A DNA stretch of 61,327 nt, the filler included. It is 9 parts of 9 records of this genome, joined end to end, with 100 filler letters (N's around TTAATTAATTAA, not from the genome) between each part and the next. Parts side by side here need not be neighbours in the genome. Positions count along the whole stretch, not along the records: positions 54,316 to 61,327 come from SRR31156797_67371; 8 more parts are not named here. One strand, 5' to 3'. This document shows, in pieces, positions 58,451 through 61,327 of the stretch. Position numbers and translations under genes: made by a program. Numbering within the stretch: position 1 is the stretch's first letter; every line of letters starts with the position of its first letter. The notes under the pieces are model-generated. The model did not search any database, was not told the origin of the DNA, and saw nothing but the letters and a program-made list of their open reading frames with translations.

Positions 58451-58864
58451 ATGGTTATCGACTTTGGTTCATTCTATAACTTTCCATATGAGTTTGATAA
58501 AATATTCAACGACGTCTTTAACCCTCATCATCAGAGACGGAGAAAAGCATCATATCCTCCGTTAAACATCATTGAAGACGAAAACAACATATATATTCGT
58601 GCGGAAGTACCGGGAGTTTCCATTGAAGACATGGAAATCACTGTCACAGACAAAAACCTTGTAATCAAAGGTGAACGCAAACTACCTGAAGGACGATATT
58701 TTCGCCAAGAAAGACCATCTGGATTATTCCAAAGAATAGTGTCTATCAACACTACTGTTGATGTAGAGAACATCACTGCATCAATCAAAGACGGAATATT
58801 AAATATTATTCTTCCAAAAACTGAAGCTTCCGTACCCAGAAAGGTCGGCATTAGTGTTGAATAA
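58451..58864 (+). CDS. Hsp20/alpha-crystallin small heat-shock protein
   Basis: GGAGG RBS; YPPLNI.ED, AEVPGV, ER..G.F.R and A..KDGIL.I.LPK motifs. Confidence 0.9.
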   Translation: MVIDFGSFYNFPYEFDKIFNDVFNPHHQRRRKASYPPLNIIEDENNIYIRAEVPGVSIEDMEITVTDKNLVIKGERKLPEGRYFRQERPSGLFQRIVSINTTVDVENITASIKDGILNIILPKTEASVPRKVGISVE

Positions 58865-58876
58865 GGGGGAAATGAT

Positions 58877-59227
58877 ATGAGCACTGAAAAAAATATGGAC
58901 AAGTTCAGCCCCGCAACCGATATTGTTGAAAGTGAACAAGGCTTTTACATGTACATGGACCTGCCCGGTGTAAGCAAAGAAGAGCTTGAAATCGACCTTG
59001 ATGAAAACACTCTCATTGTTTCCGGCAAAGCCGCAACAGCACTGGGAGAAGGTGAGAAATTCATTGATCAGGAATTCTGCGAAGGTGAATATACCCGCAG
59101 ATTCACCATCGCCGATGTTGTTGACCGTGAAAACATCAAAGCCAACCTGAAAAACGGAGTGCTGGAACTCTACCTGCCCAAAATGCCGGAAGTTCAGCCC
59201 CGCAAGATACAAATTACCAACAAATAA
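58877..59227 (+). CDS. Hsp20/alpha-crystallin small heat-shock protein (second)
   Basis: PATDIVE, DLPGV, Y.R.F and A.LKNGVL.LYLPK motifs. Confidence 0.9.
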   Translation: MSTEKNMDKFSPATDIVESEQGFYMYMDLPGVSKEELEIDLDENTLIVSGKAATALGEGEKFIDQEFCEGEYTRRFTIADVVDRENIKANLKNGVLELYLPKMPEVQPRKIQITNK

Positions 59228-59295
59228 AAATCCTCACTCCTTCACACCCCTCGATAAAGGCTCCCTCTACCACGGGGAGCCTTTTCCTTTTAAAT

Positions 59296-59703
59296 TTACT
59301 CTACACCCTGCTCGTTCAAATATTTCCCGAAAACTTTGTCTGTCTTCAGAATGTGATTCCGTAGCCAGTCAGCAAGATATTTGAAGACCTTGACCGGCTC
59401 AACAGGATTACCGGAATTTACTAACTGATCGAGTGCTTCAGCCTTCATGGCAAAGTCATGATGCATTTTTTCATGCTCTTCATAAGCGGGATAACCATAT
59501 TTCTCCATCAGCCTTTCCTCAGTTGAAAAGTGACTTATCGCATAATCACACATATCTTTCACCAACTCTTTGAGAACCTTCTCCTCTTCCATGTTTTTTA
59601 CCGAGTCATAAGCCTTATTAATCATAGCGATAAGCTGTTTGTGCTCATTATCTATAAGATTTACCCCAACCGAATATCCATTATTCCATTCCAAAATCGG
59701 CAT
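59296..59703 (-). CDS. Bacteriohemerythrin
   Basis: W...YSVG...ID.EH, HFSTEE, H...H and WLRNHI...D di-iron ligands. Confidence 0.92.
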   Translation of the reverse strand: MPILEWNNGYSVGVNLIDNEHKQLIAMINKAYDSVKNMEEEKVLKELVKDMCDYAISHFSTEERLMEKYGYPAYEEHEKMHHDFAMKAEALDQLVNSGNPVEPVKVFKYLADWLRNHILKTDKVFGKYLNEQGVE

Positions 59704-59868
59704 TCATACTCCCATCCGCATGTGATTTCCTGAATAATATAACCGTCTTGCACACCTCAAGCATACCTTTGTTCAACTCAAAAAAACACACATTCCTGCT
59801 CTGGAAAATTTGCCCGCAAAGGCTGTTTCTGGTAAACCGCAATAAACCCTTCCAAGGAGGAAACAAAA

Positions 59869-60453
59869 ATGAAACTTTTCAAGATATTGCTGGTAAGTGC
59901 CCTTTTCTGTGCGGCCCTTTTCGCTGGGACCGCCAACGCAGCCGGGTCCAAAATTTTCGTAAAACTGCAGACCAACATGGGCAACATCGTGCTCGAACTG
60001 GACAAAGCCAAGGCTCCCATCACTGTGGAAAACTTCCTGCGCTATGTAAATGAAGGACACTACAGCGGCACCATTTTTCACCGCGTAATTGACGGCTTCA
60101 TGATTCAGGGCGGAAACTTCGACAAAGACATGAAAAAGCGCCCCACTCACGCTCCCATTGAAAACGAAGCTCGCAACGGCCTGTACAACGACAAGTATAC
60201 CGTAGCCATGGCCCGCACCAATGATCCCCACTCCGCCACCGACCAGTTCTTTATTAACGTTAAAGACAACAATTTTCTCAACTTCAAATCCGAATCAGGC
60301 TCCGGCTGGGGTTACGCTGTGTTCGGAAAAGTCATCGGCGGCAAGAAGGTTGTCGACAAGATCGCCAAGACCGTAACCTTCCGCAAGGGACACTACAGCG
60401 ATGTCCCGGTAAAACCCATCACCATCATCAAGGCTGAAGAACTTAAGCAGTAA
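59869..60453 (+). CDS. ppiA: Periplasmic cyclophilin-type peptidyl-prolyl isomerase
   Basis: Signal peptide; FHRVIDGFMIQGG, AMART, SAT.QFFIN and GYAVFGKV motifs. Confidence 0.92.
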   Translation: MKLFKILLVSALFCAALFAGTANAAGSKIFVKLQTNMGNIVLELDKAKAPITVENFLRYVNEGHYSGTIFHRVIDGFMIQGGNFDKDMKKRPTHAPIENEARNGLYNDKYTVAMARTNDPHSATDQFFINVKDNNFLNFKSESGSGWGYAVFGKVIGGKKVVDKIAKTVTFRKGHYSDVPVKPITIIKAEELKQ

Positions 60454-60574
60454 TCTGATGTTCCATTTGTTTTTATAATACCCTGCCACCATGTGGCGGG
60501 GTATTTTTTTGACAAGCCCAACCCTAACTTTTATGTAAGTGGCAAGTTTCTAAAACATCCCCGGAGGAAATTTC

Positions 60575-61231
60575 ATGCACCTGAAGAATAAGATAACCCT
60601 TTCACTCATCATCGCCCTGACACTGGGGCTGGCCGGATGCCAGTCCGCTTACTACAAAACTATGGAAAGTTTCGGCTACCACAAGCGGGATATTCTTGTT
60701 TCCAACGTTGAGAAAGCCCGTGAATCACAAGAAGAAGCCAGCGAACAGTTTAAGAGTGCGCTTGATAAATTCAGCGCCCTGACCGGATTCCACGGTGGAG
60801 ATCTTCAGGAAACATACGAACGCCTCAATGATGAATACGAGAACAGCGAAGCTGCGGCACTGGAAGTACGTAAAAGGATTGATGCTGTCGAAGAAGTTGG
60901 GAACGATCTCTTTAATGAATGGAATGCTGAACTTGACCAGTACACAAGCAGAAAGCTACGCAATGAAAGCCGGGTTAAGCTTTCCAAGACCAAAAGCAAA
61001 TTCAAGCGTCTGCTTTCCGCCATGCGCAAGGCTGAAAAGAAAATCAATCCGGTACTCAATGTTTTCCGGGATCAGGTGCTCTACCTGAAACATAACCTGA
61101 ACGCTCAGGCCATTGCTTCACTCAAATCAGAACTGAACACCCTTGAAGCAGACATCGGCAGGCTGATCAAAGAAATGCAGCGTTCAATTGACGAAGCTGA
61201 TGCTTTTATCAAAGAATTAAAGAAGAATTAA
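60575..61231 (+). CDS. DUF2959 family lipoprotein
   Basis: Lipobox LAGC; YY..ME.FGYHKRDILV and DQVLYLKHNLNAQAIASL motifs. Confidence 0.85.
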   Translation: MHLKNKITLSLIIALTLGLAGCQSAYYKTMESFGYHKRDILVSNVEKARESQEEASEQFKSALDKFSALTGFHGGDLQETYERLNDEYENSEAAALEVRKRIDAVEEVGNDLFNEWNAELDQYTSRKLRNESRVKLSKTKSKFKRLLSAMRKAEKKINPVLNVFRDQVLYLKHNLNAQAIASLKSELNTLEADIGRLIKEMQRSIDEADAFIKELKKN

Positions 61232-61267
61232 GTTTGATGCGCTACGCGCTATTAATTATTTGATTTC

Positions 61268-61327
61268 ACCTCCGGCGGCCAAAGCAATTTTTTGAACAAA
61301 GTTTCTCTGGACTCTTCAAAAACTTTT
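61268..61327. repeat. Intergenic palindromic repeat, copy 2 (at contig end)
   Basis: CCTCCGGCGGC...AAAGTTT.CTCTGGACTC..CAAAAACTTT; shares termini with 5040-5122. Confidence 0.55.

Overview
This window is not one locus. It is a concatenation of nine unrelated contigs joined by eight artificial 100-nt linkers (N-run, TTAATTAATTAA, N-run), so gene neighbourhoods are only meaningful within a segment. Taxonomic assignments below are inferred from protein sequence and gene style. (1) 1-5122, Desulfovibrionaceae-like: 3' end of fdhA, fdhB, tetraheme cytochrome c3, tsaA/trmO, an M20 peptidase, a VPLPA/PEP-CTERM C-type lectin, hypC and a hydrogenase maturation protease. (2) 5223-10817, Desulfobacterota: EF-G2 paralog, mog, a kinase-less membrane sensor with a Cys/His-rich tail, and a HAMP protein. 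(3) 10918-16399, Bacteroidota sugar-catabolism cluster: DoxX, Gfo/Idh/MocA, SGNH hydrolase, GH88/105 and a serine hydrolase. (4) 16500-21526, polysaccharide locus containing a decayed RmInt1-like group II intron that the ORF track misses. (5) 21627-29171, Desulfobacter-like: cNMP-binding protein-oadG-oadB, phosphoesterase, DegV, hydrolase and YdcF. (6) 29272-37407, Methanosarcinaceae archaeon: leuS, histidine kinase with a probable ATT start, nitrilase, tsaA, three HTH regulators and RPA/RPAP. (7) 37508-43382: Liv-type ABC transporter and alkA. (8) 43483-54215, Bacteroidota: arsR-trx-arsF-arsG-arsM directly behind an unusually long RNase P RNA, tatA, a MATE gene with a duplicated 3' end, a His-lined beta-propeller lipoprotein, and a TPR-kinase/NarL pair with a visible operator. 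(9) 54316-61327, Desulfovibrionaceae-like housekeeping and chaperone genes. The best leads are the rnpB-arsR read-through architecture with its displaced operator, the kinase-less sensor with an orphan Zn-type output domain, the group II intron fossil, the NarL regulon motif and the synonymously diverged MATE 3' duplication. No CRISPR array, tRNA or rRNA was seen.
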